A DNA stretch of 64,000 nucleotides from Candidatus Hodarchaeota archaeon. GTDB lineage: Archaea; Asgardarchaeota; Heimdallarchaeia; Hodarchaeales; Hodarchaeaceae. Location of the stretch: contig JAHQWW010000003.1 in the NCBI GenBank assembly GCA_029856365.1, positions 32,001-96,000 on the forward strand, in the 5' to 3' direction. A program made the position numbers and the translations under genes. The notes beneath the pieces are model-generated. The model saw only the letters and a list, made by a program, of their open reading frames with translations, was not told where the DNA came from and did no database searches. How positions within the stretch are numbered: the stretch's first letter is position 1; each line of letters opens with the position of its first letter. Shown here one piece after another: positions 49,137 to 58,318 of this stretch.

Positions 49137-49841
49137 CTATTCTGCTGAAAGGCCAATTAGAAAGTTCATTATTGAACTCGCGTTATCAGGACTTTCACGC
49201 TGAATTCCGCAGTTTGTGCACACAGAGTACGGAACACTATGGCTTTTTCCCCAGTAATTAATCTTGTAAGTACCTTGCCAGAATTTCCCCCCACACTCAC
49301 AGTCATCACCAGGAGTCTCTATGAAATCCGTTTCCACTTGTCGCACTTGACCAACGACCTTACGAAGATAAATACTGGGATTAGTTATCTTATGAATGCT
49401 TTCAGGATCATATCTTGTTTCGAAAAAAGTAATTTCGTGTATATGGGGATATTGGCTAGTATAATCTATCTGCAGCAATTCTGGAGTCAAAATTCCATTT
49501 GTTACAAACATAAAATGAATATCATCTAAATTTTCTCCTTGAATTTGTGATATACTATCATTCAAGGCAAGGTCTCCTGAAAAGTGAGCTACTAATTCGT
49601 CAGACTCAACAGATTTAACAAAGGTTTTTCTACTATTGGGATCTAATGTGAAAATATCTGCAATTTCTCCATTGATCAATGGGAGAAGAGGCTTAATGTC
49701 ACTCCGTGAAGCTAATGGAGTGGTCGTTCGTGATAATGCGTGATGAGCAATCCGATGACTGTTTGTTTTTAAATAATCAATGATTACCCTGAGGTATAGA
49801 AATCGCTTACGGTTAGACGAGGTACTTCTAGCTTCAAACAC
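49137..49841 (-). CDS. hypothetical protein with C-terminal zinc ribbon
   Basis: CECGG...CTNCG; SD AGGAG before GTG. Confidence 0.7.
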   Translation of the reverse strand: MFEARSTSSNRKRFLYLRVIIDYLKTNSHRIAHHALSRTTTPLASRSDIKPLLPLINGEIADIFTLDPNSRKTFVKSVESDELVAHFSGDLALNDSISQIQGENLDDIHFMFVTNGILTPELLQIDYTSQYPHIHEITFFETRYDPESIHKITNPSIYLRKVVGQVRQVETDFIETPGDDCECGGKFWQGTYKINYWGKSHSVPYSVCTNCGIQRESPDNASSIMNFLIGLSAE

Positions 49842-50105
49842 TCATACTAACTCCTTCTACTTATAAAAACAAACCAAAAACTTATTCAGATGGGTGAAAT
49901 GCCCATCTAGGAGTATGAATTCACTATAACGATTTACTCCATTTAAAAATATCTCTCTTGATATATATAGCAATATTAGTAACACGCTTTGTTTTTTATT
50001 TTTAGCTCTAGGTTACATTCTCTAAAAGTACTTAAATAAGAAGTTAAATTTTTTAATACCATCTTAGTTTATGTTTTATTTTCTACTTCCATTTAGGTAT
50101 TCTTC

Positions 50106-51278
50106 ATGTCATCATCACATTCTTCAAAGCGAATATTAGTTGTTGGAAGAGAAGTTGGATCTATCACACGTTTACTCAAAGAAAAAATTCCTAAAGTATT
50201 AATAGGCGCGGTTGATGTATTAGGGAACGAGGAAACTCGCTTTTATGCTGATTGGAAATTTTCTGTTGAAAAACAGTCTCCTAATGTTTCTATTTTTCGT
50301 TTCAAACATCGTCCTATTCTTGATCTTCTCTTTGAACTAACCTTAATAATGCTTGAGGATAGAGACTTTGATTTATTGATTCCTTTATCTCCCTTTCAAA
50401 CTAATCCTCAATACATTCACAGATTATCTCGGGAAATAGAAGTTTATACTCCAAATTATAACTCATTAAAACTGACTACATCCGCTTATACTTTTTTAAC
50501 ATATGTTTCAGCTAATTTTCCTGAAGTAATTCCTCCAAATATTATAATTTCTGATCTATCTAAGGTTTCTTCGATCGACCTTCCAGCAATTTTTATTTCT
50601 GACCATCAAACATATTGTTTTTCTTCTGAAACATCTATTTCATCTATTGGTTCATTGAACCAGTCTGGATTTCTTTTTCCTTTTTCTAGGATTCACTGTG
50701 CATTCTTTATAGTTTTTTATCAATGTATAAGATTTCTTGGGATACAAACACTCTCCAATCCTCATGACCACGCATTCTTTCCTGATTACCTTGAGAAAAA
50801 TGCCCTTATCCCTTTTCACTTACCACAAAATTTCTCTTATCAAAGAATCATCTCATTTCTCTCTCGAATTATCACTCAATTGGAAGTTACTGGTATGATT
50901 ACCATCTATTTTGGATTATCAAAGGAAAATATTTTTCCTGTTTCTTGCAGTGTCCTACTTGATGAAAATTTTGACCTTTGGGAAAGACGATCCTCAAAAA
51001 CGCTTATACCATATATTTTTTTTCCTGAAGATGAACGAGATCCTCTTTTAGCTTCCTCCAACTTTGCATTTAAACTTCCTATATACTCTCGTCGTTCTAT
51101 TAGAGTTCCTCCCCTTTTGAATAACCTTTGTTATCAACGAAACTTGGCTGGGGTGATTTCTCACCCTGATTATCCACTTTGTGCCCTCTTAGAAGCAAAC
51201 TTCTCGTTTTCGGTTACACACCACCTATTCCAGCAAAAAAAAATGGAAATCCTTGAGATCCTTGATCCCAAAGCTTAA
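50106..51278 (+). CDS. degenerate ATP-grasp-family protein
   Basis: Pre-ATP-grasp N-terminus ('ILVVG...AVDVLG') and C-terminal 'DYPLC'; EVNPR-type motif absent. Confidence 0.55.
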   Translation: MSSSHSSKRILVVGREVGSITRLLKEKIPKVLIGAVDVLGNEETRFYADWKFSVEKQSPNVSIFRFKHRPILDLLFELTLIMLEDRDFDLLIPLSPFQTNPQYIHRLSREIEVYTPNYNSLKLTTSAYTFLTYVSANFPEVIPPNIIISDLSKVSSIDLPAIFISDHQTYCFSSETSISSIGSLNQSGFLFPFSRIHCAFFIVFYQCIRFLGIQTLSNPHDHAFFPDYLEKNALIPFHLPQNFSYQRIISFLSRIITQLEVTGMITIYFGLSKENIFPVSCSVLLDENFDLWERRSSKTLIPYIFFPEDERDPLLASSNFAFKLPIYSRRSIRVPPLLNNLCYQRNLAGVISHPDYPLCALLEANFSFSVTHHLFQQKKMEILEILDPKA

Positions 51279-51617
51279 TTTCCCGCTTTAACTTCAGAAG
51301 CTTCATGGGTTCCCTTACAAATTCTATTCTAATCTTTTCTAGACCAAAATTGTTAAATTATATTTTTTCTTCTTTCTTCTCGAGATATTTGTTATATCGA
51401 TAAGAATTATCACATAAAGATTATTACTGAATAATTAAGATGATTTTTTAGTACGGATTCAGAGATCCTTTATGAAATTAGTATCGGAGATTTTTCCTTT
51501 TTATCTTGCCCTAAATGTGGAAAAAACAGACATAGAAACCTCTACTAATCGTTTGAAAGCAAAAGAAAATGGAAACCTTTATGAATCATATTTTTTCCAT
51601 GACAGATAGGTGTTAAA

Positions 51618-52025
51618 GTGGTTGGAACTGATTCAACAGATAATTTTGTAAGAGATGCGTTTAAAAAGTGCAGCCCTGAACTTGCTTTCCGGTTTTTTGG
51701 TAGTAATGGTAAAGTTATAGCGACAATTTCTAATCTTTCTGAATTAATCTCTACATTACCAGAGATTCCAGCCACAATTGCGCAATTTCACATCTTTCGA
51801 GAAACAACTAAAGACCTCTTCGACCTAAAACAACTTGATGGCCCAGTAGTACGCTCAGATCTTGCTTTATGGATTAACTATGTTTTAGGTGATGTGGAAC
51901 TCTCTCGTAGAGTATACGAACTCGGAAAAATGGAATCTACTAATCCAGAAACTCTTAAACAGCGAGTCATTGATTTATTAAAACAGAGAGAACGAGAACT
52001 AATTAACTTGATTCGTCCATCTTAG
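51618..52025 (+). CDS. DUF5752-like protein
   Basis: 'PELAFRF', 'NLSEL...L..IP...FH', 'SDLALWINYVLGDVELS'. Confidence 0.7.
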   Translation: MVGTDSTDNFVRDAFKKCSPELAFRFFGSNGKVIATISNLSELISTLPEIPATIAQFHIFRETTKDLFDLKQLDGPVVRSDLALWINYVLGDVELSRRVYELGKMESTNPETLKQRVIDLLKQRERELINLIRPS

Positions 52026-52231
52026 ATCGTCTCAATAATACAATTAATAGCTCTCTTTTTTTAACTTCTTTGAAGTCATATTCTAAGGAGTCATTTTTTC
52101 TCGAGGTATTAATGGTATAATTCTATTAATCTCTTATTCCTTTTAGAAATCATGTTTATCTATTCTACAAACTTTCAAAAAATATTCAAAATTCTATTAA
52201 TTCAGCTGTTTTTTAAAAAGATGGTGTATTA

Positions 52232-53470
52232 ATGTATATTATTCGAAGAATACTCCGTATAGATCCTCAACGAGACTTCTCAAAAGGACGAGAGGCGTTT
52301 GATCAAGGAAATTACGCCTTAGCTTCTAAAATTTTTTTAAAGACTCATAAACAATTTGATACTATCGATATGAAAATCATTTCTATAGAGAATGCGGCTA
52401 TAGCAGCAGAGTATGCTGATATGTTTGATAAATCGCTAGAACTTTATTATCGTACTGTTCTCATCAAATTACATGTAGAGAAATCTCCCAAGGAGGTTTT
52501 ACTAGATATTGATAAGGCCATACATATGGCACGACAATGTGAAAAACCCCCTATTCCTATAAGTAAATTAATCTTTATGAAATTCTTGATTTTCCTTTCC
52601 CAAAAGGATTTTGATCAATTAAACTCTTTTTATAACAAATTGAAGTTTGAAATTTCAGATAATTATAGTAATGCGATTGAAAAAACTTGGATTCTGATTC
52701 ATTCAACTGATACTTATGAAAAAAAAGAACTGCTTCCACAGGTGGATCTTCCAAAAGAATTTTATAGCATTTCGGAAGCTGCTGAACGAGTTATGCAAAG
52801 GTGTTCATTATGTGACATCGTGTTGAATAAAATTGATCAATCTGAGCTTATAGAAAAAGGTACCAGTTTTTCACTGTCTGTAACATTAACAGCATATGCA
52901 CCTTTATCTGTTCAGAAGATTAATCTCAAAACTGGAACAAGAGGAAGGATCTTGACCTCATCAGCTCCTGAATTTCCCTTAAGATTAAGTACAGGTGAAA
53001 ATTATTCGATTATATTCTCTCTTATTCCCAATTTGCCAGGGGAGTGGTTGTTAGGTCCGTTGTTTCTGGTTTATTCTATTCCATCTGAGCCAGGAGAATA
53101 TCCAGTGATATCAAAACCCATTTCTCTCATGGTGGAAGATGCACCACCCGCTTTAAGTTTATCAATGGAATCAGAGACAATTGAAGAAGATCTGGAATAC
53201 TTGATAACTATTTTTGCAGAGAATGTTGGGAAAACAACCCTTCAAGAAGTGAAAATTGTTACAGAGATTCCAGAGGGAATTAAAATTCATGAGGGAACCA
53301 AAGAGAAACATATCAGCACTTTAGGAGAAGGAGAGTTGTTTCAATATGAAATTCGTGTTCGGTTTGAGCTAGATCGAACCCATTTTTCAGGACATATAGT
53401 TAAAGTATCTGGATACATTAAGGACAATCAAAGACTTTCAAAAGCTTCTCTCAGACTGGGAGACAATTAG
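52232..53470 (+). CDS. TPR-like solenoid + two Ig-like beta-sandwich domains
   Basis: Helical N-half; beta-strand pattern 'LSTGENYSIIFSLIP..PGEWLLGP' and 'ENVG...LGEGE'. Confidence 0.7.
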   Translation: MYIIRRILRIDPQRDFSKGREAFDQGNYALASKIFLKTHKQFDTIDMKIISIENAAIAAEYADMFDKSLELYYRTVLIKLHVEKSPKEVLLDIDKAIHMARQCEKPPIPISKLIFMKFLIFLSQKDFDQLNSFYNKLKFEISDNYSNAIEKTWILIHSTDTYEKKELLPQVDLPKEFYSISEAAERVMQRCSLCDIVLNKIDQSELIEKGTSFSLSVTLTAYAPLSVQKINLKTGTRGRILTSSAPEFPLRLSTGENYSIIFSLIPNLPGEWLLGPLFLVYSIPSEPGEYPVISKPISLMVEDAPPALSLSMESETIEEDLEYLITIFAENVGKTTLQEVKIVTEIPEGIKIHEGTKEKHISTLGEGELFQYEIRVRFELDRTHFSGHIVKVSGYIKDNQRLSKASLRLGDN

Positions 53471-53484
53471 TTTATTTCAGTTGA

Positions 53485-55647
53485 TTAACTAGATCGAAGG
53501 CCAAGTCTTGCAATAAAGGTAGAATAATAATCAAAACAATCGACCGATTCTTTTTCATCTAAAGTGATTGAAGAGTGGACAATCCTGTTCCTTAAATTTC
53601 GGAAACGAGCGATCTTCCTATCACTAGGTAGGTCGAAACCCCGTTTACGAAGGCTAGCAACTTGAAACTGAAAATCAGGTTTAGAATGAGTAGGATCGAA
53701 TAATAGTTGTTGAAATCGAGTCGTTAGAAGATTTTTGACTGACGCATCAGCCTTAATCACAAATAATTCAAAATTATTTTCCTTGAAAGCATGTTTAGCT
53801 TGATTCCACAAAACTCGAACATAATTTATGTTTTTCAATGCTTGATCGGGATCCAAAATCTGAGGAGGATATTCTTTATTTGAGTTTTCCTTATAGTTTT
53901 TTAAAATATAATTCATCCTATTAATGACTTGGCTGTAACTAATAAAAGTAGTTACATTTATAAAAATCACTGTGATTACGAGTAATGCTGTTGGAATTGT
54001 CAATACAATGAATAATACTGTGAAACTAGGAATATAAATTGGGAGAAGATGGGATGTAAAAAGAATATAACCTAGAAGATTCAGAAGATCGTAAATCAGA
54101 AATCCAATAAAAATATAGAAAATCCATTCGATTTTTCGGTGCAATCGTTTTGATATCACAAGTGTTTCTGTTTCAGAGGATTCCATGAAACTAAGTAATC
54201 CAAATGTTTTGAATGGGATATTGGTCACTCGGATTAGAATTGACTCGTTAGGAACCTCCTTAATATTGAAGATTCCACGAAGATTACTTTCTAAATATTT
54301 GTAGGTATCTCCCAACGAAGCAGGAATAGTCCATTGATTGATTCGAAACCATTTTCCTTTTGAATCTAAATACATTAGGTATGCTGGTAATGCAGCCAGA
54401 ATAATAATGGAAAGAAGGATCGAGGGGAGAGTCCATATGAAGGGTTTCGGTAGACGATATTCAAAATGAATGTAGAACAGTCCTTTAGTTTCTGTTTTAG
54501 GATAAATTATTAAATAATATTTCCCCTCGTCCAATAACTTGGTAATATTAATCTCGCCATCTTGGGTTGATTGGTGCTCATATGCAGTATGAATTGGATC
54601 TTGAAGTCCCTTGTCTTTGATCTCGATGTGTGCAGAATCAAGGATTTTATTAATCGTTGGATTTTCTGCAAAAACACGAATGTTAACCTTTGATCTACTT
54701 GTATTCACCATAAACCAGAAATAATATTTCTTGAATACATAATTATGAACCTCACGAACAGAAATAGTTTGGTTATAAGGTATTTTTCCTGCTGTAAGGT
54801 AATTAAAAAAGTTTTGATGAACAGAGGAGGATATATTATACAGCCCTGTATATTGTGTTTTGTGTGAGATTTCAATAATATAGTCATCTTGCTCAGGAGG
54901 ATTCCAAGAAAAGTTATACAATCCGAATATTTCAGAATGTTTTTTTTCCACGGCGGTAGGATTTCCTCTTCCCGATTCCTTTGGGTATATTATTACCTCC
55001 ACTTCTTCAAGTACGTTAGATGTTGTTTCTCTTAAAAAAACGGTACAATTTTGGTTTTCCTCCAATGAAACCTTCCAATATTGGATTTCATGATCTATAG
55101 TGAAATTAGCAACCCTAAATGATTTATTAAGGGAGATTGCAGATTCAACGCTATACCCTATACTAGGCATACTAGCCAATATTTCATAAGAAAAATCCCC
55201 GCTTTTCTCCACTCTAGTATCATTCACTTGTATTGTCCAGTTACCTGTTCTTGAAGCAATCCAGGATCCCAAGTATTTATCAGAAGGGAAAAGATTTATT
55301 CTTTTTGGATCTAGTGTAGCTTGTGCACCTGAAGGATCATAAAGCGTGACTTGAAAATCAGATTTGGAGAAAGGTGGATTAGGATCGATTGAAAAATATA
55401 CTATTTGTCTTGAATTAACAGTATTAAGAGTCCAATTATGCTGTGTAGACTTATTTGTGAAATAATGAGTTTGAGGAATTCCATGCCTCAGTATGGTTAC
55501 GTTTTGGAAATTTGTCGATTTCTTCACTTTATCAAGTAAGAACATAGAAGAGGAACTAGTAGACACTGAAGAGAAATGAAAAATTAAGAGATTAAGTGTA
55601 ATAATTGCAACGAGAAGCATAACATGCTTTTGGGGTATAGCTTTCAT
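53485..55647 (-). CDS. signal peptide + extracellular PPC-like repeats + 3 TM + cytoplasmic HEPN domain
   Basis: N-terminal hydrophobic segment; 'LYDPSG', 'GNWTIQV' and 'GKYYLII' repeats; TM helices; C-terminal 'RNRIVH' (RX4H). Confidence 0.8.
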   Translation of the reverse strand: MKAIPQKHVMLLVAIITLNLLIFHFSSVSTSSSSMFLLDKVKKSTNFQNVTILRHGIPQTHYFTNKSTQHNWTLNTVNSRQIVYFSIDPNPPFSKSDFQVTLYDPSGAQATLDPKRINLFPSDKYLGSWIASRTGNWTIQVNDTRVEKSGDFSYEILASMPSIGYSVESAISLNKSFRVANFTIDHEIQYWKVSLEENQNCTVFLRETTSNVLEEVEVIIYPKESGRGNPTAVEKKHSEIFGLYNFSWNPPEQDDYIIEISHKTQYTGLYNISSSVHQNFFNYLTAGKIPYNQTISVREVHNYVFKKYYFWFMVNTSRSKVNIRVFAENPTINKILDSAHIEIKDKGLQDPIHTAYEHQSTQDGEINITKLLDEGKYYLIIYPKTETKGLFYIHFEYRLPKPFIWTLPSILLSIIILAALPAYLMYLDSKGKWFRINQWTIPASLGDTYKYLESNLRGIFNIKEVPNESILIRVTNIPFKTFGLLSFMESSETETLVISKRLHRKIEWIFYIFIGFLIYDLLNLLGYILFTSHLLPIYIPSFTVLFIVLTIPTALLVITVIFINVTTFISYSQVINRMNYILKNYKENSNKEYPPQILDPDQALKNINYVRVLWNQAKHAFKENNFELFVIKADASVKNLLTTRFQQLLFDPTHSKPDFQFQVASLRKRGFDLPSDRKIARFRNLRNRIVHSSITLDEKESVDCFDYYSTFIARLGLRSS

Positions 55648-55939
55648 TGGTTAAACTTCATAAAAATGAGTTAGATTATATTTATAAAATTAATTTGTAT
55701 TTTAAGTTACCATGTTTCTTTTTAGTAAACTATTTGAGGCAGATAGGTTGAATGAATAAATCTGTTATTACGAACTGAAAGATTCATCTTTTATATATTT
55801 TATATATTACTCATTCCTTTTTGATTAAGTTTATTATTGAGTGTAGAGAATTATGGTTAATGAACTATAATAAAACTTATTGTCAATAAATACACTACTT
55901 GGAGAATTTTAGCATCAACCATTCGGGTTTGGAAAAAAT

Positions 55940-56581
55940 TTGAATCAAAATATTCGGATTTTCAAAAAACGCCTCCAAATTTCTCAAAAAAAGTGGAATA
56001 CGGTTCAGGGCCATTCATTAAGAACAGTTAATACCATCTTAACCATCCTTTCGAGATTAAATTTGACTCAACGTCCTGATGCTTTTTCAAAGGCACTTTT
56101 AACTAGATTTACTGACATTCCAGAACGGTTAGCTTATCATCTTGCAGAATTGATAAATAAAAGTATTATAGATTTATATTCTTATATTGAGCAATTCTCC
56201 GATATTGTTCGTGAAATGAGAAAAATAGAGAAAGTTTTTCGGCAAGATTTTTCTCTTATGGCTAGAAAACAAGTGATAGGAGGAAATGATGCATGGCCAC
56301 ATGATCTCGAGATCATAGAACAAGCTGAAAGAACTTTCCAAGAAATAATCGATATGTATGAGACTGAGCTTACACTTAGAAAGCAATTAATAAAAGAAAT
56401 ACAAGAATCAATTTCTTTACAGCCCTTAATGATCACTGTTTACTTGGTTCTCTGGACATCAGAAGTTTATATCGAACCTACTAGGATTCATGAACTCATT
56501 GAAGAATTTACACATGTAGAGAAAGTTTGTGAGCGCGTGTTCCAACAAGATTCTTATAATTCCGTTCCAAAATCTCGATGA
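55940..56581 (+). CDS. CINP/C1orf109-like helical protein
   Basis: 'KKWNTVQ', 'FTDIPERL', 'AWP', 'IIDMYETELTLRKQL', 'YLVLWTSEVYIE'. Confidence 0.7.
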   Translation: MNQNIRIFKKRLQISQKKWNTVQGHSLRTVNTILTILSRLNLTQRPDAFSKALLTRFTDIPERLAYHLAELINKSIIDLYSYIEQFSDIVREMRKIEKVFRQDFSLMARKQVIGGNDAWPHDLEIIEQAERTFQEIIDMYETELTLRKQLIKEIQESISLQPLMITVYLVLWTSEVYIEPTRIHELIEEFTHVEKVCERVFQQDSYNSVPKSR

Positions 56582-56599
56582 TCTATTTTTTGAACACAT

Positions 56600-58033
56600 T
56601 TAGCTTGCATGGAATTTAGTTAATTTTAGAATGTTATCTATTGATCCATTATGAAACCCTTTCACTAGCAAGCCCTGAATTTTATCGTTAACAGCGTATT
56701 CGGGTTCACCATTCTCTAAAAATTTCTTTACTAAATTCATTGACACAGTTAAACTATCTCGAGCATTCTTTTCCAAACCTGCAGGACAAATTGCAACACC
56801 TCGTAATTGAGAATTTTGTGGCCCTACTTGCGATATAAAGACACATCGTTTATCTCCTGCAGTTAAGTGGTCAGGCGTATGCCCAATTAAGTCTGAACTC
56901 ATAGATTGAATAGCAGAAAACAAACCTGTGTACAAACAAACTTCTTGTCCAGCTGGACGATGACTCGCGAATAAAGGAAGACCACCATCATCGAAAATAT
57001 ATATCTCTGAATCTGAGAATATCTTATTCAACACGTTAAAACGTTCATCCTCGTCGGAGGGCTCCGATGGTACTGATTCTATAGAATTTCTTTTGATTGA
57101 AGTTTCACATGAAGCAAGTGCTGGAACCACAGAAGTTAAAAAATCATTTGAAGCAGTATTGGGCATAATATTTCCTATTGTGTTAGAGTCTGTCAGAAAA
57201 AGAACAACATTATAACCTGAAATGCTAGAATCAACCACATTAGAAAAAACTATCTCAAATTCTTTTCCAAATGTGTTTGCTATTTGTTTGGATGTGTTGT
57301 TCATGGTTTTAAGATTAAGAGATTTAATTGAAGTCACAGATAAAAATATCATCTCCAGACTTTCGAGTTTTTCAGGAAGCGTTGTAACTAGATTCTCACC
57401 AACTTGGTCAATAGCGCCGTTTATTGCGTCTTCTAAGATCATTGAAGATGAAATTCCATAATACATACATTTAGAGTCGCCAAAAATACGAATTAAATTG
57501 GGAAATGAAATTCCAAATCCAGATGACGGTGTAAGACTTGATATCAAACTATTTAATAGAACTAAAAAATTCTGTCGACCTTTATCGAGAGTACAATCAA
57601 AATGAAAATAACATTCTCCAAAAAAATCCCTTTGATTCGAGTGAAAACCTTTTCCTGTATCAATAAATATAGGAACAATACCAGAAAAATCGATAGAAGC
57701 CATGATTGCTCCTAAGACTCTGAAAATTCCTTCTTCGGAAGAATTGAATATGAATATCAAGAAAAAAGAATTTAAAAGGCTGCATATTTGCGGTATCATC
57801 GTTTCAGAGTCAAGAACAACTACTTGATCACATATATTAGGCGTGAAGGATGTTCCAGTGGTTATAAGTAGCAGAGGTAAGCGAGACTCACTTTTTGTGG
57901 CTAAGTAATCTTTCAATACTTCTAATTCAGTTACCAAATCCTTGCCAACATATACGATTTTCCCACGAGGTCGGAAATATTCCAATATTGAATTTCTATC
58001 AGATCGTGAGCTCAAAGCTGATATCTCTTGCAT
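56600..58033 (-). CDS. inactive FtsZ-like domain fused to C-terminal longin-like domain
   Basis: FtsZ C-terminal-domain pattern at about residues 165-285; no GGGTG(S/T)G; C-terminal 'IYIFDDGGLPLF...LYTGLFSAIQSMS'. Confidence 0.68.
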   Translation of the reverse strand: MQEISALSSRSDRNSILEYFRPRGKIVYVGKDLVTELEVLKDYLATKSESRLPLLLITTGTSFTPNICDQVVVLDSETMIPQICSLLNSFFLIFIFNSSEEGIFRVLGAIMASIDFSGIVPIFIDTGKGFHSNQRDFFGECYFHFDCTLDKGRQNFLVLLNSLISSLTPSSGFGISFPNLIRIFGDSKCMYYGISSSMILEDAINGAIDQVGENLVTTLPEKLESLEMIFLSVTSIKSLNLKTMNNTSKQIANTFGKEFEIVFSNVVDSSISGYNVVLFLTDSNTIGNIMPNTASNDFLTSVVPALASCETSIKRNSIESVPSEPSDEDERFNVLNKIFSDSEIYIFDDGGLPLFASHRPAGQEVCLYTGLFSAIQSMSSDLIGHTPDHLTAGDKRCVFISQVGPQNSQLRGVAICPAGLEKNARDSLTVSMNLVKKFLENGEPEYAVNDKIQGLLVKGFHNGSIDNILKLTKFHAS

Positions 58034-58318
58034 TTTATGGATTAAATTACCCTATCAGATTTTTTCTTAGAGAAGGGGAATTTCAGATGACAGGTGATCA
58101 CAATCTTCGACAATCTCTTCAATGACCATATTATGTAGAAAATATTCTAAATCGCTTTTAAAGGGAGATGATACAGCTCCATGTTACATTCCTAATTAGG
58201 ATTCTGACAAATTTTAGAGATTAAAAAATTATGAAAATCAACATCCATTGTTTAAGTAATAAATAGATTAATTCATATAGCAATTTTCTTCTTCCATTAG
58301 TATATTTGGTAGGTTATA

